Source: Kiritimatiellia bacterium (GTDB lineage: Bacteria; Verrucomicrobiota; Kiritimatiellia; JAAZAB01). From it: a DNA stretch of 42,322 nt. The notes beneath the pieces were generated by a model. It was not told where the DNA came from, searched no databases, and was given only the letters and a program-made list of their open reading frames with translations. Below, piece after piece: positions 33,592-42,322 of the stretch. A program made the translations under genes and the position numbers. The stretch is from positions 1 to 42,322 of the forward strand of contig JBAYWJ010000002.1 in assembly GCA_041674125.1 (NCBI GenBank). Reading direction: 5' to 3'. How positions within the stretch are numbered: position 1 is the first letter of the stretch; each line of letters begins with the position of its first letter.

Positions 33592-36500
33592 AATCCGGCT
33601 GTCTATCTCTGCCGTCTCTTTCATTGCCGCCGCGGCGATCGCCTCCTCCCTCTACTTCATCGCCAAGGACGCCATCGAGCAGAAAATAATGGCGAACCTT
33701 GAATCAACCCTGAATTCCCGCGCCAACCACCTGGAAACTTACCTGGACCTGCTCAAATCTTCGGTCCGGCAGATCTCGGCAAGCGTCGTTCTTGAGCAAT
33801 ACCTGGAGGCGGCCGGCCCGCAAAATTACCGCCAGCTTGGGGAATTCGCGCCTGCCATGCTCCGGCTGAAAAGGACCATGGAAGCCAACCCGTTTGTGGC
33901 CGAATTCCTCCTGATGAACAGCGCGGGCACGGTCATCGCCTCATCCGATGAAACGAGCATCGGGGAGGACAATTCATCGGATTCAATTTTCCTGGGCGCG
34001 CTGCACGGGGTTTTCATCAAGGACATGTATTATTCGCAGAAATTCAACCAACCCCTTATAGCCGTTTCCGCGCCGGTCAGGGGAAGGCTTGGCGGCGACC
34101 TGACGGGCGTGATCGCGGCCAGGGTGAAAATGGATGAAATCAACGGCATTTGTTCCGACAATACCGGGCTGGGTTCGACCGGCGAAATCTACATCGTCAA
34201 TAAATACGGCTTCATGATAACACCGTCTCTCTTCAAACGCTCGGGTCATTTGAAGCAGAAAATAGACACCGAAAATGTCCGCCTGGCGCGCCTGCACTCC
34301 GGGCGCAGGCACGTAACAGAAACATACAAACAACCTTCCGTTTTCAAGGACTACCGGGGCGTGAAGGTGCTCGGCACGCACGCGTATATCCCTTCCTTGC
34401 AATGGATCATGCTGGCCGAAATTGACGCCGGGGAAGCTTATGCGCCGGTGGGCAAGATGGCGGCCATCTTCGCCCTGATCCTGGCGCTGTTCCTCCTGCT
34501 CACCTTGCTCCTGGTGTCCCTGATCTCCAGATTCATGACCAGGTCCCTGGTGGCGCTGCGCAAGGGAACCGAGATCATCGGCTCCGGCAATCTTGACTTC
34601 AAGGTCGGCTCGACCGCCCGCGACGAAATCGGCCAGCTCGCCAGAGAGTTTGACAGGATGACGGCCAACCTGAAACTTTCAACAACATCCATTAACAACC
34701 TCAATGAAGAAATCAGCGAGCGCAAAAAGGTGGAAGACGACCTTGACATCACGCTCAGGTCGATCGGCGACGCGCTGATCGCCACCGACACCGGCGGCCT
34801 GATAACCCGCATGAACCCGGTGGCCGAGAAGATGACCGGCTGGCCGCTGGCGGAAGCGCTGGGCCAGAAGATCGAAAATGTCTTCAAAATCATCAACTCC
34901 GAAACGAGGGAGCCGGCGGCCGATCCCGTCCGGATTGCCATTGAAAAGGGCCGGGTAGTCGGCCTGGCCAACCATACCACTCTCATTGCCCGCGGCGGCG
35001 CTGAATACCAGATTGCCGACAGCGCCGCCCCCATTCGCTCCGGGGATGGAACCATCCGCGGGGTAGTGCTGGTGTTCCATGACGTCACCGAGGAATACCG
35101 CCAGCGCATCCGCCTCAAGGAAAGCGAGGAGCGCTACCGGACCATTTTCGAGCAGTCGCGGGACGCTATCATGGCCATCGCCCTTCCGGAAATGAAGTTC
35201 GCCGCGTGCAACGGCGCCGCACTCGCCCTGTTCGGCTTGCGCAACTCTGAAGAAATTAAGCAACTTGGCCCATGGGATCTTTCGCCGGCCAGGCAGCCCG
35301 ACGGCAGCCCCTCGGCCGAAAAGGCGCGCGCCATGGCAGAGATCGCCGCGCGCGAAGGGGTCAATTTCTTCGACTGGACCTTCAAGCATGCCGGGGGCCG
35401 GGAACTGCAATGCGCGGTGCTGCTAAGCCGGATCATCATCGGCGGGAAAACCATCCTGCAGGCGACGGTGCGGGACATATCGGAACAGAAGCGCCTTGTG
35501 GAAGAACTGCACCAGGCCCGCACCATTCTCGAAAGGAGCCCGGTGGTGGCCTTCCTCTGGAAAAATGAACCGGGCTGGCCGGTGAAGTTCGTCACAAAAA
35601 ACGTCCGGGCTCTTTTCGGCTATTCCGCCGAAGAATTATTGTCCGGCACAGTGCCTTACTCCGCAACGATCCACCCGGATGACCGCGAGCGGGTCGCGCG
35701 GGAAGTGTCATCTTCAAGCGGCGATAAAAAATGCTCAACCTTCAACCACGCGCCTTACCGGATAATTGCCAGGGGCGGAGAGGTCAAATGGGTCGAGGAC
35801 AACACCTTTATCCGCCGCGATGCCGGCGGAAGGATCACCCACTACGAGGGCATAATCACCGACGTCACCGCGCGCAAAACGGCGGATGAAAAAATCAAAA
35901 GCGCCAAGGAAGACTGGGAGCGCACCTTCGACGCCGTCCCGGACATGATCGCCCTGATCGACGGCCGGCACACGATCTCGCGCGTCAACCGCGCCATGGC
36001 GGCCTACCTTAAGCTCAAACCGGAGGAGGCAATCGGGCGCCGGTGTTTCGAATGCATCCACCGCACCAGCTCCCCGCCCGCCTTTTGTCCCCACCGGACT
36101 CTCCTCCAGGACGGCCGCGGGCACCAGGCCGAATTCCTGGATGAAAACACCGGCCTCTGGCTGCAGGTGACCGTTGCGCCCGTCCTTGCCGCGGACGGCT
36201 CAATCGCCGGATCGGTCCACGTCGCGCGCGACATCACCAGGCGCAAGGAGGCCGAAAAACAGATAGACGAAAAGAACCGGCAGCTGCGCGAGGCCTATGC
36301 CGGGGCCAAGGAACTGGCCGTGCAAGCCCAGGCTGCCAGCGCGGCCAAGGGGCGCTTCGTCGCCAACATCAGCCACGAAATCCGCACGCCGCTCAACGGC
36401 ATCATCGGAATCTGCGAGCTTTTGCTGGGCACACAAATGACCGGCGAGCAGAAGGAATACGGGCAGATCATCAACAGCAGCGCCGAGGCGCTGCTTAACA

Positions 36501-38284
36501 TCATCAACGACACCCTTGATTTTTCCAAGATCGAAGCCGGCAAAATGGAGCTGGAGCGTATCAACTTCAACCTCAGGAGCATTTTCGAGGACATCATCGG
36601 ACTCCTGGCCGTGAATGCCAACCAGAAAAAGCTGGAGCTGATAGGCTTTATCGAGCCTTCGACACCGCTTGACCTGGTCGGCGACCCGGGCCGCCTGCGC
36701 CAGATCCTGTTCAACCTCATCGGCAACGCCGTCAAGTTCACCCACCGGGGCGAAATCGTCGTCAAGATCGCCCCGCTCGGCGAGGAAAACGGCCGGGCCA
36801 GACTGCGCTTCACGGTCACCGACACCGGCATCGGCATCCCCGCGGACAAGATCGATGCGCTTTTCCAGGCCTTCTCCCAGGTCGACGATTCCTTCACGCG
36901 CAAGTTCGGCGGCACCGGCCTCGGGCTTGTCATTTCCAAGAACCTCGCCGCAAAGATGGGCGGAGAAATCGGCGTTGAGAGCGTTCCCGGCAAGGGATCG
37001 AGTTTCTGGGTTTCCATTCCTTTCGAAAAACAAAAGCAGCCCGCTACCCGCTCCTTCGAACCGGAAGCCTATTTCGACGGGCAGAGAATCCTTGTGGTGG
37101 ACGACAACGAGACCAACCGCACGATCCTGGCTATGCAGCTCCAGACATGGGGCGCCACCGCCGAGCTGGCCGAAAGCGGGGCGCAGGCGCTCGAAATCCT
37201 GCGCCGCGAGCCCGGCGACGGGCGCAGGCCCCTGATGGCCATCATCACCGACCAGCGCATGCCGGAAATGGACGGCCTGACTCTCGCCGGTAAAATCAGG
37301 GCCATGCCCCAATTCAGGGATATACCCATGATCCTGATGACCTCTATGATTTTGCCGGCCGAGCTGTTCCAGGAGTACAAAAGCCTCTTCGCCGGCATCA
37401 TCCTGAAGCCGATCAGGCAGGCGCACCTCTACTACAGCCTCCTGACCGCGCTCAGCGGTGAGAAAAGCGGTTTTGAACAGGAAGCTGAGGAAACCGTCAC
37501 GGAAATCCCGAGGATATCGCGCACCCTGCGCATCCTCGTGGCCGAGGACAACATCACCAACCAGAAGGTGATCTGCGGCATCCTCACCAGGATGGGGCAC
37601 ACCGTCACGGCCGTCGCCAACGGGAAGGAAGTCGTGCAGATCCTGGCCATCCTCCCCTTTGACCTGGTGCTGATGGACATCCAAATGCCTGAAATGGACG
37701 GCTTTGAAGCCGCCGCGGCCATACGCGCCCCGAGCACGCATGTGCTCAACCACGAGATCCCCATCATCGCCCTGACCGCCCACACCATGGAAGGCGACCG
37801 CGAAAAATGCCTCGCAATCGGCATGAACGGCTTTATCCCAAAACCTGTCACTGCAAAATCGGTCGCCACGGCCATCGCCGACATCATCGCGCACAGGATC
37901 AGCGCGGCCGCCGGGCAGGAAACGCCCGCAGCGGCGCGCGATTGCGTTTTTGAAATTGAGTCCTTCGCAGGGAGGCTGATGAACGACAGGGAGCTCATCC
38001 GCGAAACCATCAAAATTTTCCTGGAAGACATGCCCCGGCGCATCGCCGCCCTGGCGGACGAAATAAAGGAACAGAAAGGCGAGGCGGCGCTTCGCTCCGC
38101 CCACACGATCAAGGGCAGCTCCGCCAACGTCAGCGGCCAGAGGCTCCAGGCAGTCGCCGCGGAAATCGAGGCGGCCAGCAGGAACGGCGACTGGAAAACA
38201 GCGGGGAAGCTCCTGCCGGATTTGAAAAGGCAATTCGAGTTGCTTGACAAAGCCATGCGCGAACATTTGAATGCCACGGGGTGA
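33575..38284 (+). CDS. Hybrid sensor histidine kinase: TM-dCache-TM-HAMP-PAS(x4)-HisKA-HATPase-REC-REC-Hpt
   Basis: ORF track 33479-38284. ATG 33575 (MKLANKIRLSISAVSFIAAAAIASSLYF) overlaps the SBP gene by 17 nt. The H-box is ISHEIRTPLNG, the N-box NLIGNAVKFT, with G-boxes DTGIGI and GGTGLGL. The two receivers carry ILVVDDNETN...DQRMPEMDG and ILVAEDNITN...DIQMPEMDG. The Hpt motif is SAHTIKGSSANVSG. Confidence 0.9.
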   Translation: MKLANKIRLSISAVSFIAAAAIASSLYFIAKDAIEQKIMANLESTLNSRANHLETYLDLLKSSVRQISASVVLEQYLEAAGPQNYRQLGEFAPAMLRLKRTMEANPFVAEFLLMNSAGTVIASSDETSIGEDNSSDSIFLGALHGVFIKDMYYSQKFNQPLIAVSAPVRGRLGGDLTGVIAARVKMDEINGICSDNTGLGSTGEIYIVNKYGFMITPSLFKRSGHLKQKIDTENVRLARLHSGRRHVTETYKQPSVFKDYRGVKVLGTHAYIPSLQWIMLAEIDAGEAYAPVGKMAAIFALILALFLLLTLLLVSLISRFMTRSLVALRKGTEIIGSGNLDFKVGSTARDEIGQLAREFDRMTANLKLSTTSINNLNEEISERKKVEDDLDITLRSIGDALIATDTGGLITRMNPVAEKMTGWPLAEALGQKIENVFKIINSETREPAADPVRIAIEKGRVVGLANHTTLIARGGAEYQIADSAAPIRSGDGTIRGVVLVFHDVTEEYRQRIRLKESEERYRTIFEQSRDAIMAIALPEMKFAACNGAALALFGLRNSEEIKQLGPWDLSPARQPDGSPSAEKARAMAEIAAREGVNFFDWTFKHAGGRELQCAVLLSRIIIGGKTILQATVRDISEQKRLVEELHQARTILERSPVVAFLWKNEPGWPVKFVTKNVRALFGYSAEELLSGTVPYSATIHPDDRERVAREVSSSSGDKKCSTFNHAPYRIIARGGEVKWVEDNTFIRRDAGGRITHYEGIITDVTARKTADEKIKSAKEDWERTFDAVPDMIALIDGRHTISRVNRAMAAYLKLKPEEAIGRRCFECIHRTSSPPAFCPHRTLLQDGRGHQAEFLDENTGLWLQVTVAPVLAADGSIAGSVHVARDITRRKEAEKQIDEKNRQLREAYAGAKELAVQAQAASAAKGRFVANISHEIRTPLNGIIGICELLLGTQMTGEQKEYGQIINSSAEALLNIINDTLDFSKIEAGKMELERINFNLRSIFEDIIGLLAVNANQKKLELIGFIEPSTPLDLVGDPGRLRQILFNLIGNAVKFTHRGEIVVKIAPLGEENGRARLRFTVTDTGIGIPADKIDALFQAFSQVDDSFTRKFGGTGLGLVISKNLAAKMGGEIGVESVPGKGSSFWVSIPFEKQKQPATRSFEPEAYFDGQRILVVDDNETNRTILAMQLQTWGATAELAESGAQALEILRREPGDGRRPLMAIITDQRMPEMDGLTLAGKIRAMPQFRDIPMILMTSMILPAELFQEYKSLFAGIILKPIRQAHLYYSLLTALSGEKSGFEQEAEETVTEIPRISRTLRILVAEDNITNQKVICGILTRMGHTVTAVANGKEVVQILAILPFDLVLMDIQMPEMDGFEAAAAIRAPSTHVLNHEIPIIALTAHTMEGDREKCLAIGMNGFIPKPVTAKSVATAIADIIAHRISAAAGQETPAAARDCVFEIESFAGRLMNDRELIRETIKIFLEDMPRRIAALADEIKEQKGEAALRSAHTIKGSSANVSGQRLQAVAAEIEAASRNGDWKTAGKLLPDLKRQFELLDKAMREHLNATG

Positions 38285-38338
38285 TGGCATGCTTCAGCAA
38301 GGCTGCTTTGCGCCCGGCAACCGTGTGAAAGGAAACTG

Positions 38339-38959
38339 ATGAAAATACTCATAGCCGAAGACGACAGCTTATCGCAGACAATGCTCAAAGCCATGGTCGC
38401 CAGGGCGGGTTTCGAGCCCGTCGTGACCGGCGACGGGCTCGAGGCGCTGCAAATACTCAGCCGGGCCGATGGCCCGAAGCTGGCCGTGCTGGACTGGATG
38501 ATGCCCGGCATGGACGGCCCGGATGTCTGCCGGAAAATGAGGGAAACTAAAACCGACGAGCCCGCCTACCTGATCCTCCTGACAAGCCGCGATGACAAGA
38601 AGGACGTGATCCTCGGCCTCAAGTCCGGCGCCAACGATTATATAGTCAAGCCCTATGATATCGAGGAACTCAAGGTCCGCATCGGCATCGGCCGCAAGGT
38701 CGTCGAACTCCAGGCCTTGCTTTCCGGGCGCATCGCCGAGCTGAAGTCCGCCCTGGACCAGATCAAGACCCTGCGCGGGCTGCTGCCAATCTGCATGTAC
38801 TGCAAGAAAATACGCGACGACCGCCAATACTGGCAGCAGGTCGAGCATTACGTCGCCGGCCACACGGACGCCCAGTTCAGCCATTCCATCTGCCCGGACT
38901 GCTATAAAAAATACGTCGAACCCGAGCTGGCAGTGATAAAAAAGGAAAAGAAAGCATGA
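38339..38959 (+). CDS. Response regulator: REC domain, coiled linker, and a C-terminal Cys/His-rich module (LPICxxCKKIRDD...HxxCPxC) of unknown function
   Basis: ORF track 206 aa. REC region: ILIAEDD, AVLDWMMPGMDG (Asp52), KPYD. C-terminal module: LLPICMYCKKIRDDRQYWQQVEHYVAGHTDAQFSHSICPDCYKKY. Confidence 0.85.
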   Translation: MKILIAEDDSLSQTMLKAMVARAGFEPVVTGDGLEALQILSRADGPKLAVLDWMMPGMDGPDVCRKMRETKTDEPAYLILLTSRDDKKDVILGLKSGANDYIVKPYDIEELKVRIGIGRKVVELQALLSGRIAELKSALDQIKTLRGLLPICMYCKKIRDDRQYWQQVEHYVAGHTDAQFSHSICPDCYKKYVEPELAVIKKEKKA

Positions 38960-39041
38960 CTTTCCCGCGTGCGGGATGTCAGGCAGAAATTCCTTTTCTC
39001 GAATGCCGGAAATAGTTATCTTAAGGGCAAGGGATTTTGCC

Positions 39042-40307
39042 ATGAAAATTTTTATCATAGGCGGAGGCGGGCGCGAACATGCGCTCGCCTGGAAAATCAG
39101 GCTGGATGACCCCGGCGCCGCGATCTTCTGCGCGCCCGGCAACGCCGGCACCGCCGCAATTGCAACAAACGTCTCAATCCAGGCCGAGGATGTCGAAGGC
39201 CTCATGGCCTGGGCTGAAAGGGAAAAACCGGATCTGACCGTCGTCGGCCCCGAGGCGCCCCTCTGCCTGGGGCTCGCTGACAGGATGCAGGCCGAGGGGT
39301 TGCGGGTCTTCGGGCCCGCAAGGGATGCCGCCCGGCTGGAGGGAAGCAAAGCCTTTGCCAAGGAAATATTGCAGGCGGCACAAGTTCCGACCGCCGCCGC
39401 CGAGACCTTCAGCGACGATGGTTCCGCCATGGATTTTGTCAGGTCGCATCCCCCGCCCCTGGTCATCAAGGCCGACGGCCTGGCCGCGGGCAAGGGCGTG
39501 GTGATATGCAAGACGCGGCCCGAGGCTGAAAATGCAATCCGCCGGGTGATGACTGAAAAAATATTCGGCTCCGCAGGGCGGCAGGTGCTCGTCGAGGAAT
39601 TTCTTGAAGGCGAGGAAGTATCCGCGCTGGCCTTTGTGGATGGAAAAAGCGCGGTGCTGCTGCCTACGGCCCGCGATCACAAGAGAGCTTTTGACGGCGA
39701 CCTGGGCCCAAACACCGGCGGCATGGGCGCTTACTCCCCCGCCCCGTCTGAAAACCGGGCGTTCCTTGCCAGCGTTCTCAAGGATGTTTTTGAGCCGACA
39801 ATCCGCGAGCTGTCCCGCCGCGGCATCTGTTACCGGGGCGTGCTCTATGCCGGGCTGATGCTGACAAAATCAGGCCCGAAAGTGCTGGAATTCAACTGCC
39901 GCTTCGGCGATCCCGAAACACAGACGATACTGCCACGCCTGCAAGGCCGGCTCATCACGGCCATGGAAGCCTGCATTGACGGAAAATTGCGAGCGGAGCA
40001 CGGCGCGTGCCGGGCAGAAAGCTGCGCCTGCGTAGTCATGGCCGCCGGCGGCTATCCCGGCTCTTACAGGAAAGGCGACGTCATCTCCGGGCTGGAGGCG
40101 GCGGCCAAGCTCGCCGACGTGATGATTTTTCATGCGGGAACAAAGCTCGATAATAACCGCCCGGTCACAGCCGGCGGGCGTGTCCTGGGCGTCACTGCGC
40201 TCGGCGAGGGGCTCAAAACGGCCGTGGCGCGCGCTTATGAGGCCGCGGCCCTGATCAAATTCAATGGCGCCCATTACCGGCGCGACATAGCCTCAAGCGG
40301 CCTTTGA
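39042..40307 (+). CDS. purD: Phosphoribosylamine-glycine ligase
   Basis: ORF track 38976-40307. ATG 39042 gives the canonical N-terminus MKIFIIGGGGREHALAWK. Also contains ADGLAAGKGV, PNTGGMGAYSP and EFNCRFGDPE. Confidence 0.9.
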   Translation: MKIFIIGGGGREHALAWKIRLDDPGAAIFCAPGNAGTAAIATNVSIQAEDVEGLMAWAEREKPDLTVVGPEAPLCLGLADRMQAEGLRVFGPARDAARLEGSKAFAKEILQAAQVPTAAAETFSDDGSAMDFVRSHPPPLVIKADGLAAGKGVVICKTRPEAENAIRRVMTEKIFGSAGRQVLVEEFLEGEEVSALAFVDGKSAVLLPTARDHKRAFDGDLGPNTGGMGAYSPAPSENRAFLASVLKDVFEPTIRELSRRGICYRGVLYAGLMLTKSGPKVLEFNCRFGDPETQTILPRLQGRLITAMEACIDGKLRAEHGACRAESCACVVMAAGGYPGSYRKGDVISGLEAAAKLADVMIFHAGTKLDNNRPVTAGGRVLGVTALGEGLKTAVARAYEAAALIKFNGAHYRRDIASSGL

Positions 40308-40376
40308 AAAATTGCACCAGCCCGGTTGTCATAAGGCAGCGTAAAGAACCACGGATGATCAAGGCTCATTAAGATC

Positions 40377-42322
40377 ATGAACATGCCCGCTAATTTCAAG
40401 GCAAATGGATTGCGCCCCAAAATGCTGGTTGCATGCCTGGCTTTATCCGCCCTCCTCCCTTCCGGCGCGCGCGGTGACCTGACCAACCGCTACGTGGTCA
40501 AGGGCAATCCCGGCGCGTTGTTTCCCTATGACACCCTTGCCAAGGCTGCTGCCAGCATACAGACCGCGATCGACTACGCCTATGCCGGCGAGACCGTCCT
40601 CGTGGCCGCCGCAACCTACGACGCCGGCGGAACGAATATGCCAGGCAGGGCCCTTACCAACCGGGTGTATATCTGGAAAAATATCAGCGTTTGCAGCCTC
40701 GACAACAACCCGGCTTCCACCATCATTAAGGGCAACTGGGACCCCGCATCAACCAACGGCCCTGCGGCCGTGCGCTGCGTGCTCATAAATGCCGCCGGCG
40801 CTTCATTGAACGGATTCACTTTGAATGGCGGGGCCACGCTGGCAGCCGGTAACGGCGAAGACATGGTCGGCGGTGGCATCATGGTCAGAACCTCGCCTTC
40901 TTCAATTTCCAACTGCATTATAAGCGCCAATGCGGCCTATGGTGACGGCCCGAACGGCGTCGGCGGCGGGGGAGCTTGCTACGGCAATTACTTTAACTGT
41001 TCTCTTGTCGGCAATCGGATTGGGGCCGGCCGCTGTTTGGGGGGCGGAGCGTTTTCCGCCACGTTATCCAACTGCGTCATCAGCGGAAACACCGCCACCG
41101 AGGTTTCCACCGGCGTGGGCGGCGGCGCGGCCCGCGGCACGCTTTACGGCTGCCTGGTTTCAAACAACACCGCCTCAAGCCAGGGCGGCGGCATCTATGG
41201 CTGGAGCCAGGCTTTGCCTTGTATTGCGCACAATTGCACTATCGTCACCAACACCGCTTCTCTTCTCCAAGGCGGCGGCGCTGGAAGCGGCAATAACCAG
41301 TATTCAGTCATCCTTTCCAACTGCACCGTGGCCTTCAATAATGCGGGCGGAGTCGGCGGCGGCGTTGACCTGGGCGTATTGTTCAACTGCCTCCTGGTAA
41401 GCAACCGCTCGGCCGTCGCCGGCGGTGGCACATCCCGCAGTATGCTCACCAACTGCATCGTGGCACATAACATTAATGGCGGATCACGCTTCGACGCCAA
41501 GGTCCGTAATTCCCTTTTTTACGGCAATAATTTGAGCGCCATTTATGTCAGAAACGGGGACATCATTGAGAACTGCACGTTCGTGGGAAACAATACCGGC
41601 ATCTCCCTCGACCAGGCCGCCACCGTGGCGGTGGTGAACTGCATCAGCTATTCCAATACCGTCAACTGGACCACGAATAGCGTAACCGGCGCCCTTCTGG
41701 CGTTCAGCAACAGCTGCACATTTCCCGAATATCCCGGATGGCATGCGTCGAATATTACAAATGAACCTTTGTTCATGGCGTATGGCAGCGGATATGGGAT
41801 AACCCATGTCCCCGGCAACTACCGCCTGCAGGCCGGGTCCCCCTGCGTTGACAGCGGGATGTACCAGGCCTGGATGGCCGGGGCGGTTGATTTGGACGGC
41901 CTGCCGCGGATCCTGAAGGGGACGGTTGATATGGGCGCGTACGAGGAGGCGCACGTGTTCAACCACGCCCCGCCATCCATCACGAACACTGTCATGCGGG
42001 GCTTCAGCACCAACCTGGTCGTGTACCTGACGAACTCCTCTCCTGACCTTGCCCTGTACTGGGGCTCTTCCATCACGAGCCTCTGGGCCAGCGGGCCGAA
42101 CTCGGGCGCCCCCCTTGCCGCGCCGGGCTCGGGCACCTTGACGGTTACCAACGATTCATACGGGATGGCGCTGGGGACCTTTGTAAGCCGGATGATAGTG
42201 AGCGCCCTGACGAATTACCCCCTGGCCATGGAAGGCTATTCCCAGACCGGGGCGGTTGACATGGTGCTGCACGTGGCCGAGTTTGCCAGGAACCCCACCC
42301 AGGTGGTGGCGACGGTGCGGCA
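40377..42322 (+). CDS. Secreted right-handed beta-helix repeat protein (choice-of-anchor-Q-like), paralog of the gene at 1-2645; 3' end lies outside the window
   Basis: Absent from the ORF track because it has no stop inside the window. Hand translation from ATG 40377 (in-frame TGA at 40356) stays open to 42322. The signal-like N-terminus is MNMPANFKANGLRPKMLVACLALSALLPSGARG. It has repeated NC-x-(I/L/V)-x2-N rungs with GGG. The closing motif is NEPLFMAYG..GNYRLQAGSPCVDSG...DLDGLPRILKGTVDMGAYE. Confidence 0.75.
   Translation, partial: MNMPANFKANGLRPKMLVACLALSALLPSGARGDLTNRYVVKGNPGALFPYDTLAKAAASIQTAIDYAYAGETVLVAAATYDAGGTNMPGRALTNRVYIWKNISVCSLDNNPASTIIKGNWDPASTNGPAAVRCVLINAAGASLNGFTLNGGATLAAGNGEDMVGGGIMVRTSPSSISNCIISANAAYGDGPNGVGGGGACYGNYFNCSLVGNRIGAGRCLGGGAFSATLSNCVISGNTATEVSTGVGGGAARGTLYGCLVSNNTASSQGGGIYGWSQALPCIAHNCTIVTNTASLLQGGGAGSGNNQYSVILSNCTVAFNNAGGVGGGVDLGVLFNCLLVSNRSAVAGGGTSRSMLTNCIVAHNINGGSRFDAKVRNSLFYGNNLSAIYVRNGDIIENCTFVGNNTGISLDQAATVAVVNCISYSNTVNWTTNSVTGALLAFSNSCTFPEYPGWHASNITNEPLFMAYGSGYGITHVPGNYRLQAGSPCVDSGMYQAWMAGAVDLDGLPRILKGTVDMGAYEEAHVFNHAPPSITNTVMRGFSTNLVVYLTNSSPDLALYWGSSITSLWASGPNSGAPLAAPGSGTLTVTNDSYGMALGTFVSRMIVSALTNYPLAMEGYSQTGAVDMVLHVAEFARNPTQVVATVR
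42267..42322. repeat. 56-nt arm of the inverted repeat; partner at 457-512
   Basis: See the feature at 457-512. The match reaches the window edge, so its true extent is unknown. Confidence 0.7.

Noticed and set aside
1-42322. Whole-window look for CRISPR arrays, tRNA/rRNA genes, integrases, transposases, phage structural genes and known multi-gene defence systems (CBASS, retron, restriction-modification, etc.).
   Set aside because: None was recognised by eye. The only defence-like module is the AbiE-like pair. A proper tRNA/ncRNA scan and HMM search were not possible here.

Overview
This is a G+C-rich bacterial chromosomal window (roughly 60-65% by eye, not computed) with about 34 protein genes. 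I recognised no rRNA, tRNA, CRISPR array, integrase or transposase. All calls come from reading the sequence and the ORF track; no database search was run, so family names are motif-based. The ORF track lists only ORFs closed inside the window. The two edge-truncated genes (1-2645 minus, 40377-42322 plus) were therefore found by hand translation. Contents, left to right: (i) A minus-strand trio of secreted, glycan-active-looking proteins: a beta-helix protein, a 1115-aa triple beta-helix protein, and a DUF4838/CBM9-like protein. (ii) An AAC(3)-family acetyltransferase, a divergent AraC regulator, and Gfo/Idh/MocA and SDR oxidoreductases. (iii) A PPi-type phosphofructokinase whose stop overlaps the bioF start, followed by a fragmented biotin cluster: bioF, then PL22-like, transglutaminase-like and GT-C/TPR genes, then bioH bioC bioD, then about 7.6 kb of unrelated genes, then bioA. 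No bioB is in the window. (iv) An AT-rich islet of about 1.9 kb carrying a toxin-first AbiEii/AbiEi-like pair, a 36-bp palindromic operator candidate and a small membrane-anchored ORF. (v) Two sulfatases flanking a metallophosphoesterase remnant, then DUF4385-like, lipocalin Blc and URO-D-family genes. (vi) An NSS transporter plus an untracked 37-aa MetS-like small subunit. (vii) A lipoprotein SBP, a 1569-aa hybrid histidine kinase, a REC protein with a Cys-rich C-terminal module of unknown function, and purD. (viii) A second beta-helix paralog, inverted relative to the first. The gene content suggests a polysaccharide-degrading PVC-type bacterium (Kiritimatiellota, Lentisphaerota or Verrucomicrobiota), but that is a guess. 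The best candidates for something new are the toxin-first AbiE-like islet with its extra ORF, the REC/Cys-rich output protein fed by the SBP-hybrid kinase phosphorelay, REP-like DNA repeats sitting in frame inside bioA, and a multi-hairpin element of about 167 nt closed by a 12-bp inverted repeat at 6071-6237.
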